Assembly: GCF_009914755.1 (NCBI RefSeq)
Contig: NC_060940.1
Direction: 5' to 3' (one strand)
Source: the human T2T-CHM13v2.0 reference genome, Homo sapiens
DNA: 64,000 bases
The notes below the pieces were generated by a model. The model made no database searches. It saw only the letters and a list, made by a program, of their open reading frames with translations, and was not told the origin of the DNA. This document shows, in pieces, positions 25,041-42,513 of the stretch. The position numbers and the translations under genes were made by a program. Each line of letters opens with the position of its first letter. Position 1 is the first letter of the stretch.

Positions 25041-25428
25041 TTTGTTTGTTTTTGGTGGACAGGAAGTAGGATTTACTGGGGAGTATTAAGAGGGGGCAGC
25101 ACAGTGGAAGCCCTCACGAGGGCAGGGCACGCCACTTGTCCAGAGGGCCATGATGGGGATGTACTTGACCCCACAGTCATCTGCGATGAGCCGCTTTTCA
25201 GCCACCATGTCTTCAAATTCATCCGCAGTGAACTTGGTGAAGCCCCACTTCTTTGAAATGTGGATCTTCTGGCAGCCAGGGAACTTGAACTTGGCCCTGA
25301 GCAGGGATTCAATCACATGCTCCTTATTCTGCAGCTTGTTGCAGATGGACATGATAACTTGGCCAATGTGAACCCTGGCCACAGTGCCCTGGAGCTTTTC
25401 AAAGGCACCTCGAATATCTGCCTGGAGC
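25041..25428 (-). pseudogene. RPL10P14: RPL10 processed pseudogene (last two exons spliced, 3' UTR, poly(A) remnant); probably RPL10P14
   Basis: Minus strand reads ...[61 protein letters not shown]..., the RPL10 C-terminus. There is a 1-nt frameshift near the 3' end, the original stop at 25114-25116 and an A-tail at 25036-25053. Imperfect TSDs lie at 25028-25040 and 25555-25567. The symbol is from recall. Confidence 0.9.
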
Positions 25429-25476
25429 CTACATTGGCGTAGTGCAAGGTCAAAGACATGAACATACATCTGAAAG

Positions 25477-25555
25477 GCCTGTCTCCATGGTCCCTTAGAG
25501 CAGCCCATACAAGAAACAGGCTGCATAAACTACCAAGGAAGCTGTTGTTTGCAGC
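25477..25555 (-). ncRNA. SNORA70: SNORA70 (U70) H/ACA snoRNA retrocopy, 3' hairpin only
   Basis: Minus strand gctgcaaacaacagcttccttggtagtttatgcagcctgtttcttgtatgggctgctctaagggaccatggagacaggc matches the recalled SNORA70 3' half, with an ACA box 3 nt from the end. SNORA70 is encoded in an RPL10 intron. Confidence 0.85.
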
Positions 25556-26650
25556 TGAAGGGTCTTTGTGTGTTTTCCGTATTTCTGGTCGTGCTATTTA
25601 TTCTCTTACCAAAAAAAAAAAAAAAAAAAGTAAGGTCAGGCGTGGTGGCTCACCCCCTTGTAATCCCAGCAGTTTTGGAGTCTGAGGTAGGAGGATCGCT
25701 TAAGTCCAGGAGTTCCAGACCAGCCTGGGCAGCGCAGAGCAACTTCGTCTCTATGCCATGTTGACGCGTGCCTATAGTCCTAGCTACTCGGAGGCTGGGG
25801 CAAGAGGATCGCTTGAACCCAAGAGGCCGAGCCTGCAGTGAGCTGTGAATGAGTCACTGAACTCCAGATGACAGAGCAAGAGTTAGTCTCGAAAGAAAGA
25901 AAAAGGTAGAGCGACACTTAGTTCTTTGATAGTTTTCCACTATTTGTCATAAAAACTTTCCAGGATATTGAGCTCCCAAAATGGAAGGCCAATATCAGGC
26001 ATCAGGGACTTGTTCTGGACGTTGGACCAACCTTAAAGGGCCCACATAGAAGCTGTTCACTTACTTTCTTTTAGTCTCTTGATTTAAAATACTTAACATT
26101 CCCCTTTCCTTGGCTTTTTAACCACTGAGATTTGAAAGACATGCAAATAACGACCTAGTGGACAATCTTTGCTGATGCTAAATCTTCATTTTAGGCTTAA
26201 AAGGTTTTGGGTTTTCTTAAAATTTAATGCTGAACTCAGAAGAGCTTTCTAAGGCTGTTGGTGCACCTTAGGGCAGGAGAGCGTCTTTGCTACGCCGCGC
26301 AGGAGTGTGTCTGCTTCTCTGTGCATCTACACGTGTTTGCGTGTCCCTGTAAAGTGGGTTGAGTGTGCGGCTGCGGCTTTCCGCCCTTGGCTCACACTCT
26401 CAGTCTTACTGGTCTCCCCCAGGGCTATGCATGGGGTACAGGTTTCTGTGGCCTCAGGCCGGGGTGAGGGGTCCCCCACCCCGGCCAGGGCGCAGCAGGG
26501 CGGGGCACACGTAGCCGTGCAGGGTCTCGCGCAGCCCGCGTCAGGACCCCGGGGCACACGCTCGGGCAGGGGGCGTGTCCCCACGCCACCAGAAAAAGTG
26601 TTATAGGCTGTTTTTTTTGTTTTTTTTTTTTTAAAAAGAAAGTGTTTTAG

Positions 26651-28105
<1,455 letters not shown>

Positions 28106-29115
28106 TGAGTGCTGGCTCTGCGGCCCGATGGCCTGGCCGGTGCGAATGCGCAGCCGGGCACACGCCCACAGAGGGGGGTTGTGAGGGTCTAGGAGCGGCC
28201 ACCCCCACGGCCTGCCTTCGCTGCTGTTGCACGGGGGTGCTGCTGGCCATCCCCAACCCCCCAGTCGTTCACACCTTTCCCCAAGCCTCCTTAGCCGTCC
28301 ACACCCTCCGTCTCCTGTCCTCCCTTAGTCGTCCACACCTTCCTCCCCTCCCTCTTAACCGTCCACACCTTCCCCAGGCCCCCCCCTTTATCCATTCACT
28401 CTCCTCCCATCCCCCTTAGTTAAACACATCTACCCTTGACCACCACCCCGCCTCCAGCCCTCCACACCTTTTTCCCCATCATCACAACTCAAGATGAGAC
28501 CGCTTAGCACGGGCCTATCATTCATTCCCTGAGAACATTGGTGTGTGAGTGTTTTTTGATGGTGCAGGACCCGGAGGTGCTTTCCTTGCCAAGAATAGAA
28601 ACATCCAGAATGCTCCTCCCCATCCCCCAATCCCAGACAGCAATTATGTCAGCCCTGTAAGGCATTGCCTGCTCTTGACCCTTTGGCCCATCTTTTTATT
28701 TTTAAAAAATTCCCATATCACAGATGCCCTGTCTATGCAGAGGGTGGCGTGGGATGGGTGACCACTAAGTTTAGGCTGGTGAAGGTGGTGAGCCCTTCTG
28801 AGGCCCTGATAGAACTTTCCAGGAGTTCATGGTCCGCGGCTCCAGCTTCTCACTGTAAAGTTGTCATCCTGGCAGAGGCAGCCAATGCTTTTCATTCTAG
28901 GGGGTAGAGATTTATGCTAATGAGTGAATATTGCACCACTAGTGACTTTCTGTTTAAAGTTCAGCTCTTAGAAAATGGAATCTTACCTGACCCCTAGTGA
29001 ATTATGTACATAAGCAGGGAATGTTTCCAACTAGATCTCCCTTCAGAAGAGTCCCTGTGCTGGAATAGGTCACTGAATCTTATTTGTTTTGTAAAACAAA
29101 GCTTTTGGGTCTCGT

Positions 29116-29117
<2 letters not shown>

Positions 29118-29169
<52 letters not shown>
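29118..29169 (+). repeat. (GT)26 microsatellite
   Basis: Perfect dinucleotide run. Confidence 0.97.
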
Positions 29170-29171
<2 letters not shown>

Positions 29172-30188
29172 CTTGAGTATGGAGAACCGGCTTTCAAATT
29201 GCTTTTCATTTTTCAGGTTGTGTTTTACATTGAGGGCTTTAGCATGCAAATGAAATTACCAATTAGTAATCCCATGTGAACCTTTTCCTGGATTTATTCA
29301 TTCAGATCTGCCCTGCTTTGGCTGAGAGAGAGAGTTCTGTGTACCTTTTTGAAGGTCTGGATAAAATGAGTTGGTGGGTTCCATCTGCTTCCAGTGGGCT
29401 GGTGTCTGCTCTATGCTACTATTACAACTCCTACCTTTTGTGGAAAATGCAGTCAAGCGTTCTAGGACTGGTGCTGTGGTACATGTCAAACCTGCCCTCA
29501 CATTCCAGAAAGGGAACCCTTTTAGGGTTGAGTCCTCTGTTGCTAAGCTTCAAGGGTGCTCTCCATGGTCATCACGTTTTATTAAAGGCTTGTGGTTCCA
29601 TCCTGTTAGCATTTCCAAGTCTACGCGTAAACCTGTGGTTTAGTGACAAGCAAATTGATGTTGAGGGTTTCTGGTAGTTTCATTTCACAGGAGTAAGCTC
29701 CAGTTAAGTAATCACTGTCAACGAAAACCTTGAAGTTCCTTAATTGCATTTTACTGAAGCCTCTTTGCATGTGTCTAGCAAAAGATATAAGTCCAAGATG
29801 CTTATTTTTTTTTTGATAAATTAGAAATTGTCCTCTCCTCTACTTGCTATTTAATGCAGAAGATACTCTAAAAGGTTCATATTTATACTTAGAAGCAAGA
29901 TGTTCTTGTTCCTGATTCAAATATATTGCCCTCAAAGGGATTAGGAGAGGAATTTTCATTTCCCGGAGGGATTACTGTTTAAAAACTGGTTGTAAACCTC
30001 TTTAAAAACTGCTTATCACTTCACCAGATTTTCCATTCTTTTGCCTCCTCCCTTAGAGGATGTCAGCAGTTAATTTTTTTTTTAAATTAAAAAAAGTTCA
30101 ATTCTGAGACCTCCTAGTTTCAAAAAATACATTAAACAATTCCCAAGAGTGTTAAGAGTGTCTGGGTGCTTAGAAATTCTTGCTTTGA

Positions 30189-30527
<339 letters not shown>

Positions 30528-31946
30528 TGAGACTGGGTCTCACTCTGCTGCCTAGGCTGGAGTGGAGTGACGTGATCATAGCTCACTGTATCCTCTAACT
30601 CTTGGGCTCAAGTGATCCTCCTGCCTTAGCTTCCTGGAGTAGCTGGGACTACAGGCACATGTCACCACACCTGCCTAATTTTTTTATTTTTACTTTTTGT
30701 AGAGATGGGGCCTCCATTTGTTGCCTAGGCTGGTCTTCAACCGGCCTCAAGCAGTCCTCCCACCTTGGCCTCACAGAGTGCTGGGATTATAGGCATGAGC
30801 CACCATTCTCGCCAGTATCCTTATTTCTTAACTTTAGAAAGTTTTTCTATTTTTAATATAGGTATTTAAAAAAATCTGAATTCAGAGTGCACCTCGATGT
30901 TATGCTGTTCTGAGATTAAATATACTAAAACTGTTACCATTGTTTTCTGAATTCTTAAGATGTGACTGATAGTTAGCTAATAGGTTAACACATTGTGGTG
31001 GTTCTTGGCCTCTGAACTGATAGTCCAGATGGGGAGAGGAGACCAGAAAGCATGTGAAAATGGACTAGAACCATGGGACAGCTATATAGTCTCTCGCAGC
31101 TGTCTTTTGTGTTCTCTGCTTCGACCAAATTGGTTGATTTATTTAGAATGCTGACCTCTTGCATTGCCTAAGTCCTTGATGTTTTTGGTTTCTCCTCTGA
31201 ACTCTCAAAGGTACTCACTTCATGCTCTTGGTATAGCCCACTTATGTTTAACTTTCCTTTTATTATGTGTTCCCTCTTACACATGACATGGACATTTCTT
31301 TAATATGTAGAGTAAGATATTGGATTTCATCCTAAAGTCTTCAAAATAAAACTCTTGAGCTCATCATCTCAGACTTCTTCATGTACCCACAGACCAGGGA
31401 TTTTGTTTGCTTTTTAAAACATTTTTTTATTTTGTGTTTTATTATTTTTAAATTTTAATTTAATTTTATGGAGACAGGGTCTCGCTCTGTTGCCCAGGCT
31501 GGAGTGCAGTGGTGTGATCTCGGCTCACTGCAACCTTTGCCTGGGCTCAAGCCATCCACATGCCTTGGCCTCCCAGTGTGCTGGGATTACAGGTGTGAGC
31601 CACTGTGCCTGGCCTAAATTTATTTTTTTAATTTTTTTTGAGACAGGGTCTTGCTCTGTCGCTCAGGCTGGAGTGCAGTGTCATAATCATGGGTCACAGC
31701 AGCCTTGGCCTCCCAGGCTGAAGTGAACTTCCCACCTCAGCCTCCTGAGTAGTTGGGACTACAGGCGAGTGCCACCACGCCTGGCTCATTTTGGTTTTTT
31801 TTGTAAAGATGGGGTCTTGTCATGTTGCCCATGAAGGTCTCCAACTCCTGGTCCAAGTGATCCTCCCGCCTCCGCCTAGCAAAATGTTGGGATTACAGGT
31901 GTGAGCCACCATGCCTGGCCTTATTTATTTATTTAATTATGAATGA

Positions 31947-32513
<567 letters not shown>

Positions 32514-33036
32514 TGATAGGTTTCTGTTGGCTGTACTGCCAGATCTGTAGATGCTTTTTTAAGGCTTGGATGACTTGTTCAAAACAATGTTTTGGAGTAC
32601 AAATTTGGCTGTGGGGACATCAAGACCTTGTTGGGAAACTTGGGTTTAAGGTACAATTTCTTAAACTAGGATGGTGGGAATGGGGATGTGAAGGGAGAAT
32701 GAATGTGAGAGGTATTACAGGGTAAGGATGGAGATGATTCAGATTCCTTAAGTGGATTTAATAATCACACTGTAGCTTTGAACTTGAGTGACTGGGGAAA
32801 TATTTGTGGTGTTTTTGGAAATAAGGGCCAGAAGGACTATTGGTTTGGGTAAGAAGATAGTAGGGGGATGTATAGGTGGACCTGCTAGTGGGGAGCTGAG
32901 ATTTGGAGGGCTGAGATGTAGTGCTCTTCACTGCCGTAGGGCAGTATCCTCTTGTATGTGCCATCCTCTAGTGCCCATTGTTCATCATGTCATAGTAAGC
33001 CCAAGATGTTCATGCCTTTTTTCAGCACTGCATTAG

Positions 33037-33273
<237 letters not shown>

Positions 33274-35489
33274 TAGTAGAGATGGGGTTTCTCCATGTTG
33301 GTCAGGCTGGTGTCAAACTCCCAACATCAGGTGATCTACCTGCCTCGGCCGCCCAAAGTGCTGGGATTACAGGCATGAGCCACCGCGCCCGGCCTCTCTC
33401 TGCTTATTTCTACACAGTGTTACCAATGAGATTGGTGTTACTGCTGGGCTCCAAAGCAATCAGACAGATTAAAGTAGATTGAATATGAAAGAATTTAGAG
33501 GCCTTTTTCCAAGTGATTTGTGCTCTATTTAATTTCTGTGCATTTGCAGATATAGCCCACAGTAATTCTTAGTGAACTAGAACCTTCAGGTTATTGAATT
33601 TTACTGATTTGGGTACTGACATGCGCTTTTAAGAAGACATTAGGTTTTCTATAGTGTAGATTGTACACTAACAATATAATTCATATTTAAGAATGTCTCA
33701 AAATTTAGTATACTGTGTTCAACTAACTTAACTTTCTTTGTTTTTTTTGTTTTGTTTTGTTTTTGTTTTTTGAGACGGAGTCTTGCTATGCCACCCAGGC
33801 TGGAGTGCAGTGGCGTGATCTTGGCTTACTGCAACTTCAACACTCCTGGGTTCAAGTGATTTTCCTGCCTCAGCCTCCTGAGTAGCTGGGATTACAGGCA
33901 CCCGCCACCACACCGGCTAATTTTTGTATTTTTAGTAGAGACGGGGTTTCGCCGTGTTGGCCAGGCTGGTCTTGGACTCCTGACTCAAATGATCTGCCTG
34001 CCTTGGCCTCCCACAGTGCTAGGATTACAGACATGAGCCACTGCGCCCGGCCGCTAACTTAACTTTCATTCCACAACTTCCATCTTTTATCCAAAATCTG
34101 TGATCATTGAATACTGTCACCATTAATCATTGGCATTTCAGTGTTTGGACTTTTTTTTTCCCCCTTCGTCTTTGTGGACTCTTTTTTAACACTCATAAAG
34201 TTTTAACTATTGAAAAGCAAAGGAAACGGTGAGTGACTTTTTGGAGTCTGTCTACCCAGTGGTCACACAAAAGGCTTACTACATTACAGGAAAGATAGGA
34301 TGGGAAAGGGATACTAGAAAATTCTAAGTCAGGAACGGGGGTGTGTATTAGAAAAATTCTGATCCTGGCATGCCAGATGGCCTTACATCTCAATTTCTTC
34401 CGTGAAATTCCTGCCAACAAATCATAGTGTTAGAAGTACAGAAGGGTCCATGGGAACAGAATTTAAGGGCTCCGTTGGTGATACGGAACTGATCAGATGG
34501 TTCTCACTTGTTCTCAGATAACCTGTATACTGAATATCACAGGAAGGGTATAGACGTCATGGCAGTGGTTAGATATTCTTGCACCTGCTGAAGCTGAGAA
34601 AATTAAAGTAATTTTTTTTCCTGTGGAAAGTAGAAAATCAAGCTTTTGTATGATTTCACACAGCTTTCTATTCTCTCTTTTGTTGACTCTGTTAAGAGTA
34701 ACATTTAGTGGTGGAAACTATTTCAGGATCACACCCACAACACTAGAGACTGTATTAATCACTTACACACACATAGGTATAGAGTAATCTTGAAGGGGCT
34801 GTAGGCCAAAGATAATGCTTTTTTGAAGAATTAGAGACTAGTTACCAGCACCTGGTATTTGCTGTTTCCTACAGAGCTGACTGGACAGCCTAGAGTCTGC
34901 TGAGGAATTCAGAGGATGGCCAGTAGAATGTTCTTTCCACCCCAGAATATTTGGTAGGGACTCAGCTGCTGTGGAATGCCAAAAAGGCTTTGAGTTTGTT
35001 TCACTATTCTTAAGATTACACGTAATTGTTTTTTTGTAAGAGATTATATATATTCAAGTTGAGGATGGCTTTGAGTTAGACTTTCCTTAATTTGGAATCA
35101 CACAGCAGATGATACATTTATTTCCATCTGATAAGTTACTTGATGATGTAAAAAGACATTTGAGTTAAAGATTTTTGGGAAAAAAGCTGAATGTTGAGCC
35201 ATTTATGTTGTGTACTGGTTCCCTATTCACTTGGACAATTTTAAGTCTTAAAACAATCTTAACCATGTGCACAAGAGATTTCACATAGTATTTGGTAATT
35301 AAATTAAGGAATTCTAGCTCAAGTCATGCTTTTTGCTGAAATAGTTGTATATATTTAGTGCGGAAACCTGTGTTTTCAAATTAATGTAATAAAAGTTTCA
35401 ATAAAATGGAAGCCTTTATTACCGTGTTTCAAATGCTATGCTAAACCTTTTCCATTTGTTATTATATTAACCTCCTCATACATAGCCCT

Positions 35490-36375
35490 ACTAATTTTTT
35501 TACTTTCTATTTTGAAATAATTACAGATTTATAGGAAGTTGTGAAAAATAGTACAGAGCCCATGTTCCCTTCACCAAGTTTCACCTAATGGTAGTAGCTC
35601 ACATAACGATAATTTAATGTCAAGAACCAGGAAATTGTCATCGTTGCAATCCATAAGCCTTTTTTAGATTTCACCAGTTTCACATGTATTTGTGTGTGTG
35701 TGTATATATATAATTGTATGCAATTTTATCATGTGTAGATCTGGATAGCCACTGTAACAGTCTATAGTTCTATATACAGAGCTACTCCATCACCTCAGGG
35801 CTCCCTATGCTACCACTTTATAGCCGCACGCACCCTTCCAGCAACCACTAATCTGTTTGCATCTCTGTAATTTTGCCATTTTGAGAATGTTATATAAATG
35901 GAATCATACAGAATGTAACTTTGGCTTTTTTTCTTTTACCATACTTCCTTTGAGAGCCATCCAAATTGCTGCATGTATCAGTAGTTCATTTCTTTTTACT
36001 ATTGAGTAGTAGTCCATAGTATGGCTGAACCACACAATTTGTTTAACCATTTACTTATTGAAGGACATACCAGAAGGGTGGTTTCCAGTTTTTTGGCTAT
36101 TGCAAATAAAGCTGCTATAAACATTCATGTATATAAATATTTTTATGTGAATATAAAGTTTTCATTTTGGGGGAATAAATGCCCAAATGTTTGGATTGTA
36201 TGGTAAGTGCATGTTTGGTTTTTAGAGAAACTGCTGAACTATTTATTTTCTAGAATGACTATATCCTCTTATATTCCTATCAACAATATATGAGATATCC
36301 AGTTTCTCTGCATCCTTGCTAGCATTTAGTGTTACCACTTTTTTATTTGAGCGGTTCTAATATGTGTAGTGATAG
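35490..36375 (-). mobile_element. Old L1M (L1ME/MC) 3' fragment
   Basis: Antisense L1 3' motifs (AATGGAATCATACAG, AAAGCTGCTATAAACATT). Confidence 0.7.
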
Positions 36376-37272
36376 CCTGTTTTGCCTTATATTAATCAAT
36401 AAAAATAGCCTCATCTAATCTTAACTTTTTTTATTTTAAAACATCTTGGCAGTATTGAACTTTCTCAATGAAAAATCTCTAAAATTGTGACTTGAAAGGC
36501 TTTAATTTTCCAGTTTTTCTTTGGTTTTACTCTTAGCAGTAACATTTTAACTTTTTTTTGTCTTTGAAGTAATTTTCAGTGTTTCCTTTACATGTTGCTT
36601 TTTCTTAGAAACTAGTTACTAGCATGAAGTAGATCTTTAGCCTCGTTTTCTAAAAACATAAAAAAGTAAAACTGTGGGGTTTATTTCAAAATTGAGAGTC
36701 CTGTCTTTTCATATGAGGATATTTTATAGTCTGTTGGCTTGGCTATATTTTAGGGAGTAAACCTGTGGTTAGTGGTTTGTTGTTGGTGGTGGTAAAGTTT
36801 TCTTACAGTATTTTTATACCTGAATAATACCTTTAGACTCTATAGAATAGATACTTGATCTTCAAATCTATCCTAGAATAAATTGTTTTATCTAAACAGC
36901 TTTGTGACCTGAGAATTGGGACTTAGTCCCTTAGTTTTCCCTTACTGGCCCTTTGTAGTCACTGTTTTGATTTTGTGAAAGTAACTTAACTCTTAGCACT
37001 GTCAGGTATTGTACATTCCTGCCAAAGCAAGAATAAGAATACATAGGATTGTGTTTTAATTCTATAATTAGGTGACTTTTGGCTAATTTCCAGGAACTTG
37101 GACTTAATAAAGTACTAGTGATAAGTTTGGAAATTTTAGTGTCCTTGTTCTTTGAAGTTATTCACCCTTTACTTTCTTGTTTGTTTGGGGTGTTTATACT
37201 ACTGTCCCTAAATATAGCTGAAATAAAGGAAGAAAAATAACCCCTGTAATATCACTACCAGGATATAATTTC

Positions 37273-37554
37273 TTTTTTTTTTTTTTTTTTGAGATGGAGT
37301 CTCGCTCTGTCGCCCACCATCTCGGCTCACTGCAAGCTCTGCCTCCTGGGTTCACGCCATTCTCCTGCCTCATCCTCCCGAGTAGCTGGGACTACAGGCG
37401 CCCGCCACCACACCCGGCTTATTTTTTGTATTTTTAGTAGAGACGGGGTTTCACTGTGTTAGCCAGGATGGTCTTGATCTCCTGATCTTGTGATCCACCT
37501 GCCTCGGCCTCCCAAAGTACTGGGATTACAGGCATGAGCCACCGCGCCCGGCCT
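37273..37554 (-). mobile_element. AluY
   Basis: GCAAGCTC, TTCACGCCATTCTC and TTAGCCAGGATGGTC diagnostics; TSD GATATAATTTCT. Confidence 0.9.
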
Positions 37555-37851
37555 GATATAATTTCTGTTAACAGTTTGATGTAAATATTTTTTGACTTTT
37601 TAGTGTTTTTATATATATATGTATTTTATGTTTTTCTTTTATCAATACGCACTCTTACTGTGGGAATAATTTTAATGTTTTTAAAGAGTTGGGTTTTATT
37701 TGTTTATTTTATTTTATAGAAATGGGGTCTCGCCGGGTGCGATGGCTCACGCCTGTAATCCCAGTACTTTGGGAGGCCAAGGCAGGAGCATCACCTGAGG
37801 TCGGGAGTTCGAGACCAGCCTGACCAACATGGATAAACTGCCTCTCTACTA

Positions 37852-38057
<206 letters not shown>

Positions 38058-38638
38058 TCACCATTTTGGCTGGTTTTGAACTTGTGGTCTCAAGCAGTCT
38101 TCCTACCTCAGCATCCCAAAGTATTGGGATTACAGGTGTGAGCCCATCCTGTTTGTTGTTGTTCTTTTGTTGTTGTTTTTAGATGAAGTCTACCTCTGTC
38201 ACCCAGGCTGGAGTGCAGTGGCGCTATCTTGGCTCACTGCAAGCCCCGCCACCCAAGTTCAAGCAATTTTCTGCCTCAGCCTCCCGAGTAGCTGGGATTA
38301 CAGGCGCCCACCACCATACCTGGCTAATTTTTGTATTTTTAGTGGAGACGAGGTTTCACCATATTGGCCAGGCTAGTCTTGAGCTCCTGACCTCGTGATC
38401 CACCTGCCTCGGCCTCCCAAAGTGCTGGGATTACAGGTGTGAGCCACTGCGCCTGGCCTGTTGTTGTTTAAATAAAAGAAATTTATTCTCTTACAGTCGA
38501 GGCCAGAACTTAGAACTGGTTTTCAATCTAAATTTTTTTTCTTCTTTGGGAGAAGGGCATCAGAATATTGTGGATATACTTTTTTGACTTAAAAAAAAAG
38601 GTTTTACTGGGCTGGGCATGGTGGCTCACCTGGGATTA

Positions 38639-38950
<312 letters not shown>

Positions 38951-39274
38951 TCAAATATATTTCTATACCATTTTTAATATCTCATTGCCTTTAGAATGAC
39001 CTTGTATTCATAGTACATATGTATGTGATATTCCATTTATTTATTTTTTTTCTTTTGTCTTTTTTTGGTTATATTCCATTGATTTAATGTACCTTAATTT
39101 ATCTTACCAATTTCTTGTTGACCATTTTGTTTCCAGTCTTTTGTTTTTTTACCAGACATGGATTAAGCTGAGCCTTTGCCCCAGACGACATTATTTCTTT
39201 TTTATCAGCAAAATATGCGTGTAATGAAATTAGAATTAAAAGGCAAAAAAGGTTATCCTTTATTTTTCTACTTA

Positions 39275-41930
<2,656 letters not shown>

Positions 41931-42127
41931 TGTCGTGAGACCCTATCTCCATAAAAAATAATTAAAAAAAAAAAAAATGCAGAAGGAAACAGTTTTGCCA
42001 ATTTTGTAGTATTTACTGACAATTTGCATATGTCTTTACATTCTTTAGCTATTTATTTTTCTTTTGAATTACTGCCTTTGTTCATTTTTCTTTTGGAGTT
42101 GTTTGTCTTTTTCTTATTAATTTGTAA

Positions 42128-42513
<386 letters not shown>

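Noticed and set aside
25086-25526. 146-aa RPL10-like ORF as a functional gene
   Set aside because: The N-terminus is translated snoRNA/intron sequence, the RPL10 N-terminal half is missing, and the C-terminus is frameshifted
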